From: Cyanophora paradoxa CCMP329
Lineage: Eukaryota; Plantae; Glaucophyta
Direction of reading: 5' to 3'
DNA length: 34,208 nucleotides
Assembly: GCA_004431415.1 (NCBI GenBank)
Contig: QPMI01000030.1
Span: 1-34,208, forward strand
How positions within the stretch are numbered: position 1 is the stretch's first letter; each line of letters starts with the position of its first letter. The position numbers were made by a program, and so were the translations under genes. Positions 18,906 to 29,460 of the stretch are shown piece by piece. The notes below the pieces were generated by a model, which saw only the letters and a list, made by a program, of their open reading frames with translations, had not been told where the DNA came from and made no database searches.

Positions 18906-20858
18906 ACCCTTGGGCCCGTTCCTATTCCTGCTCTCGCTGCCCCTCTCGACGCTCCTTTTCCCCCATTCCCTGCGGTCCCGATCCCTGTGCTCCTTGGCCC
19001 GCTGGCCCCGCCTCTACCTCCTCCCTCCTTACAACTTGCTGTCACGGGGCCTCTTCACTTGCCTGTTCCCCGGCAGGTCCCTGGTCATCTTGCAGCTCCG
19101 TACCCCTTCTTACCTCTTCCCCTTGCTCCTCCACTTCCGCCCCCGCGTGGCCCTCTTTCTGACGTCCTCCTGGTTCAGCCCCCTCTTCAGCCCATCCTTC
19201 TTGCCCCCGCTTCTGCAACTGTGACGCCGGGCGGCACTATCTTTTTGCATGCCCCTCCCGCCACTACGTCCCGGTCTCTTTGCGTCTGCATCCACTTTCC
19301 CGGGTCCGCTTGCAGGCCCCTCGCCTCCAGAGCTCGCCATCACTTCGGCCTCCCTCGCCTCCGCTCTCGATTCTCCATACCCTTCGAATAGCCGCCTTCT
19401 CTCTCCTCCTCCGCCCTCCCTCCCCCCTCGAGCTCCGGGTCCTCGGCCTCTGCTCCGCTTCCGAGTGTTGGCGAGACTGTCCTCTTTTCGGTCTCCCCGT
19501 CATTCCGGCTCCCTGCTCCCCTTCGGCGCCTCGGGTCCCATCTGCGGGTCCTCTCCCGCTTCCTGGCGCTCGTGAGATTCGCCGCCGGCGCCCTCGTCAG
19601 GCCCTTGCGCACTCGAGCTCGTCTCTCTCTGCGCCGCCCATGACCCCGTGTCATCTGATCCGGCGCCACCTGACCTTTCTCCTGCTTCGCTGCCCTCTCT
19701 TCGGCGCCGGCAGCGATCCCCGTCACCTGTTCGCGGCCCTTCCCCTGCCTCCGGATCCGACCCTTCCTCGGCTCCCTCCTCGCCTCTTCCGTCTCGTAGG
19801 CCTCCGCCGCGTTCCCGTCGGCGGATCTCTCGATCGACCCTGGACTCTCCGCCTGCCACTGTCTGCGGGGTACCTCCGCCACCGTGTTCGGCGCCGGCTG
19901 TCAGTACTTTGCTCGGTAGCTCCCCCGTCGTGGCTCCTCGGGGGCCTCTTCGTCGTCGTCGTTCGCTGGGTTCCGGCTCCGGGTCAGATTTCTCGCCGGG
20001 CTTACCTTCTAGATCTCCTGGCTCTGCTCCTGGGCCCTCAGCTCCGGGACCGGCTTCCCCGATCTCCTCCCGGACTCGTGGTCGTACCCGTCGCCGGCTT
20101 GCCGTGCCTGCGTCTCCTTCTACTTCCCTCCGGCGGTTTGCCGGGCCGGACCCTCCGGCCTTTGTTCTTGATACCGGACCGCCGCCTTTGCCTTCGTCTT
20201 CTGCTTCGCTGGTCGTATCCCGCCGGCGCCGGCGTACTTCGTCTTATAGTTTAGTTCGGTCTAGTTCGGATTCTGATCGTAGTGCTGATGCTAGAGTTAG
20301 TTTCAATACTAGCTATAGTCCTCGTGCTCGACCTGTTGTTCGCCGTCGTTTGCAGTTCGACTGCCCGCCTCGACCCCGGCCGGCTTTAGTGATTCCTTTG
20401 ACTGTCCTTTTGCCTGCTCTTGATCCGCCTGCTCCGCCTCCTGTGTCCTCCTCGACCTCGTGCCGTAGCTCTGCCCTTTCGCGTCGTCCTGCTTCGCCTC
20501 CGCCTCCGCGTCGTCTTGTTGTTCCTCTTACTTGTCTGCTTCCTGTTATTTATCTTTCTCAAATTTGTCCTCCGCTTCTTAGTGATGTAATTCCTTCCGA
20601 TATTGATGGTATCTCTAGCTCTGGCTCTTCTTCGTGTCAGTCATCCTCTGTCCCTAGATCTGCTCGATTTCTCGTCTCTTCTCGATCTGTCTCGAGCTCC
20701 GTGTCTTTTCTTTTTATTGTCGATTTTGGCTCTTTGTCTTATCTTTCTTCGTGCTCTTGTCTTAGTTATTTTGCTTTTTTGTCTTTATGCCCCCTGGGCA
20801 GCCCCCGCAGTGCTGGTGTCTAGAGACTGTGGCCGGTAATTTACCAAAAAAAAAAAAC
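18906..20858 (+). mobile_element. Probable 3' part of a retroelement-like repeat: Pro/Ser/Arg-rich reading frame ending in an A-run
   Basis: Intron-less, strongly C/T-skewed DNA unlike the neighbouring host genes. The low-complexity frame stops at 20823, followed by ...GGTAATTTACC and an A-run of ~11. No RT or endonuclease motif is seen. Confidence 0.4.
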
Positions 20859-20913
20859 GCATTAATTTGGGGGCGCATTAATATCGAAGCGCTTACGGTT
20901 TTTACGGTTTTAC

Positions 20914-21033
20914 GTACCCCTGACGACTCTCTCTTTTGTACCCCTGACGACTCTCTCTCTTGTACCCCTGACGACTCTCTCTTTTGTACCCCTGACGACT
21001 CTCTCTCTTGTACCCCTGACGACTCTCTCTTTT
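20914..21033. repeat. Minisatellite, 5 x 24 bp, alternating variants
   Basis: GTACCCCTGACGACTCTCTCT(T/C)TT repeated head to tail in an A-B-A-B-A pattern. Confidence 0.95.
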
Positions 21034-22134
21034 TCCCTTGTACCCAGCACTGATCGCTCTCATGTACCCCCTCCCAGTCACTTGCTTCCTTTTTGATTGC
21101 TTCGAATTCAGCTGCAGTGCGCGAGGACGCGCACTCGTGAAATAGTAACATATTGCAGCAGTGAAATACTGTCCAAGTCCCTGTAGCCCTGTACCCCTGT
21201 ACCTCAGTCTGCCTGTACCCCTAATACACCACCTTGCCAGCTAACTACGCTGGCAATATATATAGCCGGCGCCTCTAGCCTATAGCTAGTAGATCTCGCC
21301 GACAGCACTGAGCAGCGCTCTGCGTCGAGTCTAGAATTCGAATCTCTATAGCTAGCGCTAGATCTGCCAGCCTGGCAGCCGCGCGCTCCCGGCCGCGGCC
21401 CGGCCCCCGGTAGCACTGAGCTCGAGCATGCACATATATGGTGGCAGCACGTATGACGGCTTTAATTTGCGCTAGCTCCCGGATCCCGGCGCGCGACCCA
21501 TCTCGAGCTCGCGTGCACCCTCTTATAAATTCAAGTAGCTATAGAGCGCTAGCATGCGCGCGCCCCTCGGCGCCGGCCGCGCGGCCGAGTGCTCCACTGC
21601 TCATGCGCATGCCATGATGATCACTAGTACTGCTCCGATGGCTCGTGCGCGCGCGCTCGCGCCGCCGCGGCGCGCGGCCGCGCGATCATCAGAGTCATGG
21701 CATGCGACGTTAACGTTAACGTTAACGTTCGACTTCGAATTTAATTCAAATGATCATGATTTAAATTTGCGGCCCTGGGGAGGGGAGTGTGGGCAGGCGG
21801 GGTACACATAATAAAAGCACGCTCTCTCTCAGCTTCCCTGCGGCCTTCGAGGCCACCACCTACCCGGAGCGGCCGAGCTTAGCTCGTGCCTTGAGGTCTC
21901 GTTCGAGCCTCTCTTTCGACTACCAGAAGCTTTAGTCCGGTACGCGCACGTGGCGATTCCCGCGGCGATTCCGTCCGGCGCCGGCGTTCGCCGACAGCCT
22001 TAGGGGAACATTTAGAACGTATAAACCCGTTTTATCAAGCTCGAACGGCCCGGTCGCCGCTGGACAGGTCAGCAACACGGACGCGCGCGCATTGCTAACA
22101 GTCTTCGCCGGCAGGTTACCCAGACGACTTCAAG

Positions 22135-24685
22135 ATGAATATCGCACCGGTTCGCGCGTTTTAGTGCCGTTTTCAATCTTCAGAAAGAGCGCCGACGCCG
22201 CGAGGACAGGTTTCCGAGCTTCAGACCGCCATTGACCAGGCGGAGAAGAAGCTGACTATCGTTTTCATTGGGAGCGAATGCACTCCGTGGTCCAAGACCG
22301 GCGGTCTTGGCGACGTGAGCACCGCGCCGCATCTTCCGTTTTGCGTTTCGCTCACCTCGCCGGACCGCGCTTCCTTCGCAGGTCATGCGTGATCTTCCTG
22401 TCAATCTGGCTACTCGTGGCCACCGCGTGATGTCTATCCAGCCCCGGTATGACCAGGTGCGCTCGCGTGCGAGTTCCAGTGCGGCGCGCCGTTTCGTGCG
22501 CCGACGCGCCCGCAGTACTTCGACGCCTGGGACACCTCCGTCCGCACCTCCGTCAAGGTGAACGGCAAGATGGAGGAGGTCGGCTTCTTCCACATGTGCG
22601 CTCTTTCTGAGTGTGGGGGCGGGCGGCCCCGTCGCTATAAGATGTCTGGAGAAAAGAAAAGGATGAACTGAGCGTTGCTCATTTACACTGCTGCTTCCCT
22701 CGCTGACCCCCGGTCGACTCAGCACCGCCAAGGGCGTAGACCGCGTGTTCATCGACCACCCCTGGTTCCTGGCCAAGGCGCGTGCATTCCAAACTTTCTC
22801 GCCGCTTCGCTCTTGCTCTCCTTCTTACTCTCTTTCGCGCAGGTCTGGGGGACGACGGGCAACAAGCTGTACGGCGCCAAGACCGGCGTCGACTACCCCG
22901 ACAACCCCCTGCGCTTCGCTCTGATGTGCCAGGCGGCGCTGGAGGCGCCCCTGCGCATCCCGCTGCCAGACCCGGCTGGCACAGTCTACGGCGAGGACGT
23001 CATCTTCGTCTGCAACGACTGGCACTCGGCGCTCGTCCCCATCTACCTGAAGGCCAACTACAAGACCCGCGGCCTCTACCAGAACGCGAAGAGCATCTTC
23101 CTCCTCCACAACGTGCGCCGGCCGCGCCGCGCCCCGCCGGGCCCCGCCGACGCCAACGCCGACGCCGACGCGGGCGCGCAGATCATCTACCAGGGCCGCT
23201 TCCCGCTCGAGTTCTGGCCGGCGCTGAACCTCCCCGAGGCGGCCAAGAAGGACCTCGTCTTCGAGTCCTGCTTCGCGCCCCCGCCCCTCGACGGCATCTC
23301 CGAGCAGCGTGCGTTGTGCCGGCTGCGCCGCCGCTCTCTCGCGCCGCGCCGCTGAGACGCCAGCGCGCAGCGATCATCTCGCTGAAGCCGATGGCCATGA
23401 TGAACTTCCTCCAGGCCGGCTTCATCCACGCGGACCGCATCTGCACGGTCTCGCCCCAGTTCGCCGCCGAGGTCGCCTCGGGCCCCCGCGGCGGCGTCGA
23501 GCTCGACAAGTACATCCGCGCCAAGGGCATCACCGTGCGCTAGCCCGCCCCGGGCCCCTCTCCGCCCGCTCGCCGGCGCCTGACGGCGGATGCGGGGCGC
23601 GCAGGGCATCATGAACGGGATGGACATCGAGATGTGGGACGCGAGCAAGGACAAGTTCCTCGTGACCAAGTACACCGCCTCGTCGGTGGACGAGGGCAAG
23701 GCCGCCAACAAGGCCGTCCTCCAGGCCGAGATGGGCCTCAAGGTCTCCCCCACGACCCCCCTCATCGCCTTCGTCGGCCGCCTCGACGACCAGAAGGGTC
23801 CGCGCGCCCGTCCCCGCGCCCTCTCGCCCCCGCACGCCTGACTCTCTCTCGCGCGCAGGCGCCGACTGCATGGTGGAGGCGATGCCGTACCTGGTGAACA
23901 CGCTCGGGGCGCAGGTCGTGTGCTACGGCTCGGGCCGTGAGGACATGGCAGCCAAGTTCAAGGCCCTCGAGAAGCAGTTCCCGGGCATGGCCAAGGGTAA
24001 GACCGCCTTCGTCCCCAAGGAGGAGCACACGGTGCGCCCCGCCTCCTCCCTCGAGCGGCCGGCCCGCGCGCCGGCGCCTCGCTCACGCGGGGCGGGGCGG
24101 CGCAGCTGATGGCCGGCGCCGACTACGTGCTGATGCCGTCGCGCTTCGAGCCGTGCGGGCTGGTGCAGCTGCACGCGATGAAGTACGGCGCGGTGCCGAT
24201 CGTGTCGTGCACGGGCGGCCTCAAGGACAGCGTCATCCCGGAGTGCGGCTTCACCTTCGAGGAGATCCCCTCGCCCGAGTACCCCGGCATGAAGATCTCC
24301 CCCGAGCTCATCGCCAAGGGCACCAAGATCATCGAGGAGGGCTGCAAGGAGGCCCTCGCCGGCTACGGCTCCAAGGCCTTCGCCGGCATGCGCGCCGCCT
24401 GCATGAAGCAGGACTTCGCCTGGAAGAAGCGCGTCCTCGTCTACGAGAAGGTGCCCCCCGCCCTCTTCTTCCTTCTTCTTCCTTCTTCTTCTCACCGCGC
24501 GCGCTCAGGTCTTCTACGAGACCCTCGGCATCGACCGCGGCGCCCCGGTCACGGCCAAGGCCTCGCCCGTCGCCCCGGAACCCTCGGCGGCCCCCGCCCC
24601 GGCGACCATCTCGGCGGCCACCTCCGGGGGCATCCTCCCCGTCCCCAAGGCGGCCGCCCCCAAGGCCCCCAAGGTCGGCGCGTAA
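22135..24685 (+). CDS. GBSS: Granule-bound starch synthase (GT5), multi-exon, no transit peptide
   Basis: Spliced reading [42 protein letters not shown]...NDWHSAL...HN/IIYQGRF...[10 protein letters not shown]...[23 protein letters not shown] introns and an Ala/Pro-rich tail; closely resembles Cyanophora paradoxa GBSS as recalled. Confidence 0.95.
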
Positions 24686-25132
24686 GCACAGGCTCCGTTA
24701 GCATACGAACCGCGCCGGCCCGGGGGGAGCCCCAGGCCGGCCCCGCGCGCACTGCATTTTTGAGAGTTACGCCCGCCACACGGCGGGTGTACGTTAGATG
24801 TCTTCCGTGTCGCACTCCCTCTAGTGCTTGTACCATTTATGCTTCACCATTTCCGTCTCGGAGGATCCTTTAGCGGATTCCTGTGCATTGCTTTTGTCAC
24901 TTTCGCATAATGTCTTCGCAGTTGTTCAGAGACCCCAAAGCAGTGTACAGACTGCCGTGTGCTGCCTTAGAGCCTGTGTCATTTAATTAAAAACCAGCTT
25001 CGCGCCAATCACACGTGCAACTGCTGCAAGGAATGCCGGCGCCCAGCAGGCGGAGCGGATATCGATCTCATTAATGAAATAGACAGAGAGCACTCGCGCG
25101 CGGGCGCCGGCGCCCAACGCTCCGGTCCGCGC

Positions 25133-26593
25133 TCAGCGCCCGGCGAAGGCGGGGAACTCGCCGATGGAGATGAAGCGGTACCGCGGGTTCCTCCCCGCCG
25201 CCTCGCGCTCCGCCGGCGTGTTGTACCCCCAGTCCGCGAAGTACAGGCGCACCCCGTCCAGGTCCCGGTGCTTCGTCATCTCCTCCAGCGTCTCTGCGGG
25301 CGGTACCGGGGTACGGCGTTCAACGCGAGGGGCCGGGGGCCAGGGGGCGGGGGACGGGGGGGGTACCGAGGCGGTCCTCGACGAAGTGGAAGGTGCGCCC
25401 CTTGAGGTCCTCGCGGCCCATGAGCCCCGAGAGCACGCCCGCCTTCTCCGCCCCCGTCCGCACCTGCCAGGCGCCCCCGGGCGGCTCGGGCGAGGGGTAG
25501 CCGCGTACCCCGCGACCCGGCCGCATGCGCACCGCGAAGATGTTGTTGTTGTCCGCGGCGACCTGAGAGGGGGAGGGAGATAGGTCAGGGGCGGGGCGGG
25601 GCGGGGCGGGGCGAGAGGCTCACCCCGTAGGACTGGAGGAGGGTGCGGGCGAAGCGGCGCTGCTTGGTGGTGATGATGAAGAGGGGCAGGTCGGCGGGGA
25701 GCGAGCGCAGCGCCTCCGCCGTGCCCGGGAAGGACCGGTTCGTCGCCACCCACGACTCCAGGTCCTCCTGCGCCCGCCCGCCCCGCCCGCTCAGCGCGCG
25801 CCGGGGCGCGCCGGGGCGGGGCGGGGCGGGGCGGGGCGGGCGGGGCGGGGCGGGGCGGGGCGGGGCGGGGCGGGGCGGGGCGGGGCGGGGCGGGGCGGGG
25901 CGGGGCGGGGCGGGCCTTGATCCAGAGGTCGCGCTCGCCGCCGAACATGGCGATGGCCTCCTCCTTCGAGACCCCGAGCTCCGCGAAGAGCGCCGCGCAC
26001 ATCCCCTTGAAGTCCGCAAGGATCCGACCCTCCGGCACCCCCTCCACCATCATCCGCACCAGCGCCAGGTTCTCGAAGCCTGCGCCCGCCCCGCCCGGCT
26101 CGCGCCCTCCCAAGGCGCCCGCGGGGGAGGGGCGCCCCGCACCGGTCTCGATGACGGGCCGCAGGCGGCGGAACTGCTCGACGTATGCGCTGGGGTCTAC
26201 GTCGGGCGCGTAGTCCGGCCAGCGCCTCCGCACGGCCCGGAACGCCGAGTACATCGTCTCGTCCGCACTATCGCAGATCACGCCGTCGAAGTCGAGCGCG
26301 AGCACATCGTTGCCGGTCAGGTCCCAGCCGGTCGGGCGGCCGCCAGCCTGCATACGGGGCTCCGCGTGGCTGGGTCCCGCTTTCGACGAGCCCCCGACGG
26401 CTTTCGCCGCCCCCAACGCCAAGCCGCACCACCGCAGCGCGAAGCTGCGTTCGGCGCGCGCGCCGAAGAACAGCGTTGCGATCCGCCTGGACCGCCCGGG
26501 CTGGGCCGTCCGCGTTGCGCTGGTCACGTGCGGCTGCTGCGCGAGCCGCAGGGGAGCGGGGACGCCGGAAACGAAAGCTGGCCCGCTGCTCAT
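25133..26593 (-). CDS. Plastid-targeted HAD-superfamily hydrolase (cyanobacterial type), multi-exon
   Basis: LALDFDGVICDS, LRPVIETG, IITTK, FVEDRL, LYFADWGYNT. The N-terminal MSSGPAFVSG...Ser/Arg/Ala-rich presequence has the early Phe typical of glaucophyte/red-algal transit peptides. Confidence 0.88.
   Translation of the reverse strand: MSSGPAFVSGVPAPLRLAQQPHVTSATRTAQPGRSRRIATLFFGARAERSFALRWCGLALGAAKAVGGSSKAGPSHAEPRMQAGGRPTGWDLTGNDVLALDFDGVICDSADETMYSAFRAVRRRWPDYAPDVDPSAYVEQFRRLRPVIETGAGRPSPAGALGGREPGGAGAGFENLALVRMMVEGVPEGRILADFKGMCAALFAELGVSKEEAIAMFGGERDLWIKARPAPPRPAPPRPAPPRPAPPRPAPPAPPRPAPPRRAPARAERAGRAGAGGPGVVGGDEPVLPGHGGGAALAPRRPAPLHHHHQAAPLRPHPPPVLRGEPLAPPRPAPPLTYLPPPLRSPRTTTTSSRCACGRVAGYAATPRPSRPGAPGRCGRGRRRRACSRGSWAARTSRGAPSTSSRTASVPPPSPAPWPPAPRVERRTPVPPAETLEEMTKHRDLDGVRLYFADWGYNTPAEREAAGRNPRYRFISIGEFPAFAGR
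25812..25914. repeat. (GGGGC)n intronic microsatellite
   Basis: About 20 GGGGC units inside an intron of the HAD gene; shorter runs occur in most host introns here. Confidence 0.9.
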
Positions 26594-27054
26594 ACCTGTG
26601 GAAACGAGTGCTCCCGGCGCTACGAGGAGCTGAAGGCCTACTAGGTTAGAGAGCCGCCGCAGAGCTAGCTATACTAGCTATAGCTATAGCTATAGAGATC
26701 TATAGCTGGAGAGCAGAAGTCCGTGGCCGCGAGAGCGCGTACCCCCGAAGCCAGAAGCTTAACCGCGCGCGAGATCTAGACGGCTGATCGAGTCGACGTC
26801 GATGGAATCGAACCGCAATTGCCTGCGTGACTGTGTACATGTACATGTTGTCTGCAGGCTTTTCGCCGCGGTAGTGGACAACCGCGTCTAGCTCCGGATC
26901 CTGCGTAATCCGCAGCTAGTCTGCCTGCGTATGCGCAAAATATATACGATGGAATTAAAGCAATAATATTTCTAAAACTATTCCGAGCTGAAAGCTCGAG
27001 CAAAGCGGGGGCCCAGACTGACGCAGACGGGAAGGCAGCGCGGCGAGCGAGCCC

Positions 27055-27082
27055 TCACCCCGCGCCGGCGCCGGCCCCGGAT

Positions 27083-27116
<34 letters not shown>

Positions 27117-29275
27117 TCACCTCGCCGACGACCCGCTCGGCCCGCACCGAGTCAGTGCTGGGCTTCCGGTGCACAGCAGCCGGCGGGTGGTCGGAGGAGG
27201 CCTCGGGGGCCGGCGCGGGCCCCGCGGGCGGGGCGACGGAGAGCGCGGGGGCGGCCGCGTTGGCCGCGGGCGCGATGGGGGACGCCCCTAGCCGCTCCGC
27301 GAGGCCCGTCTGCGCGGGGGAGGGGCCGGTCGGCTCCGAAGCGGGGCGGGGGCGGGAAGGGCAGAGCGGGCGGTGCGAGCGGGCGGTGCGGCGCACGACG
27401 CGGCGGTCGAGGGCGGCGAAGCGGTCGCGGGCGCCGTCGCGCTCCCTTCGCAGCTCGTTCCGCACGCTCTCCGCCGCAGCGCCCACGACCACAACCTGGC
27501 GTGGGAGCGTCGGCGTGGGCACAGGCACCTACTAGTAGATGGGGAGATGGGGGGGGGGGGGGGGGGGGTACCTGTGTGGAGAGGGCGTCGAGGCGGGCGC
27601 CGAGGGAAGCGACGTCGCGGGCGAGGCCGGCGCGCGTGGCCGGCGCCGCGGGGCCATCCGCCATCCTGCGCGGCCCAGCGTGAGCCGACGTCCGAGCAGC
27701 TGAAACAGATGGAAGGAAGCGGGAACCCCGAGGGCCGCCGGACGCTGGCGGCGGGCCTGGGCGGCTCGCCGTTGAGGAAGGCGCGCGTCGCCTCCGCCAG
27801 CGCCTCCAGCGCCTCCAGCCGCCGCTCGAGGTTCGGGTCCGGCGCGAGGCTGATCCGCCGCGCCGACGCGGGGCTCGTCGGGGCCGGGCCGGCCGGGCGG
27901 AGCTCGTGGGAGGACGAGGCGGCCGGGCCGGGGGCCGTCCCCCGGGCGTCCATCTCCGAGAGGGCGCCCCGCAGGTCCCGCTCGCCGTTCTGCGCGCGCG
28001 GAGCCGTCAGCGGGCCCCGAGGCGGAGTGGGCGGGGCGGGGCGAGGCGGGGCGGGAGAGGGCGGGCCTGGAGCTCGGCGACGGCGACGAGGAGGGAGTCG
28101 ACGGCCTGCAGCTTGCCCCGCATCCCCCGCATCTCCTCCATCTCCTGCCCCGCCCTCGTCTCGCGCGCGCACGGGCGCGGGCGCGGGCGGGCGGGGCGGG
28201 GCGGCTCGGACGTTGCGGAGGGCGGAGGCCTCGGCGCGCATGGCGTAGAGGGCGGAGGAGAGCTCGGAGACCTCGTGCGCCAGCGCCTTGCACCCCTGGC
28301 ACGACGTCGACGCTGCCGCCGCCCCGCGTCAGGTAAAGCGAGGGGGCGGGCCGGGGGGCGGGAGGGGCGGGCGGGCCGCACTGCTGGCGGCGGAGCGCGT
28401 GAGGTCGGCAACGGCGGCCTCCATGGCCTGCTGCATGCCGGCGAAGCGGCCGTGCAGGAGCCCGAGCTCCGTCTGCTGCCGCTCCGAGAGCGTCACGTGC
28501 TTGCTCACCCCGCCCTCCAGCGCCTGGAGCCGCGACATGAGCGCCTGCAGCAGCTCGTCGCGCTCGTCCTTCTTCTCGCGGTGCGCCTGCGCGATCCGCT
28601 CGACGGCCGACTCGACGTGCGAGGCGACGGCGCGGTCGATGGAGGCTCCCAGCGAGCGCGCCGCGTCCAGCGCCGCCATGCTCGCGTGCGCCGGCGGCAG
28701 CGGCGCCCCGGCGGCGGGGCCGGCGGCGGCGAGGGCCCCTGCCGAGAAGATGCTGGCGGCGAAGCGCGAGACGGCCGAGTCGATGGAGCCGCGTACTGCC
28801 GCCTCCACCATCGCCTGCGTGAACATCGACTGGCCCGGCGGGTTCCACGCCTGGATCGCCGCCGGCACCGCTGGCGGGGTCGGCGGCTTCCCGCCCGCCC
28901 CCAGCTTGGCGCTCCGATCCCCCTCCGCCGTCTTCGGGGGGGAGACCGCCCGAGGCTCCTTCTGCTGCGCCGCCGCGGGGTCAGCGCCGCTCAGCGGGCG
29001 GGCGGGAGACTCGGAGGCGGCGAATCGGGCTAGCAGGGCGGGGCGGGGCGGGGCGGGCTGCTGACCCCCTGCTCATAAGTGATCTGACTGACTTCCGCGT
29101 AGCGCGGGAGGGAACCGGTGCTGCCGTGGCCCGGCGTCGAGTGTGGCCGAACGCGCGGGAGCTGCCCCGCCGAGGCAGACTGTGGCGTCCTCACTAGCTC
29201 GCGGTGTCCACCGTATGCATGTATCGCAGGCCCGTTGGTTTCCATGGCTAGAGGCGGCCTGCCGACGGCCGGCAT
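27055..29275 (-). CDS. Hypothetical multi-exon host protein, Ala/Pro-rich with coiled coils; boundaries approximate
   Basis: Exon-like segments (MPAVGRPPLAMETNG..., AVERIAQAHREKKDERDELLQALMSRLQALE, EMEEMRGMRGKLQAVD, VRNELRRERD) separated by GCCCC-rich GT..AG introns. Confidence 0.6.
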
Positions 29276-29460
29276 CGTGCTGCTGCGCTCGTTGAGAGGT
29301 GAAAAGAAGCTGCGGTTGCTTAGCTAGACGCTTGTTGCACTGGCTGGGTGGTCGGCCGTCTTAAGCTACGGCGAAGCGGCCTCGTCTCGTTTCGTCTCCA
29401 AAGAGGGGTAGAGCCTGTCACGCGCTTAGAGGGGTATAGACCGTTTGCGAAGGGACTTCG

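Noticed and set aside
20914-21033. Possible CRISPR array
   Set aside because: Units are head to tail with no unique spacers, and there are no cas genes; it is a minisatellite.
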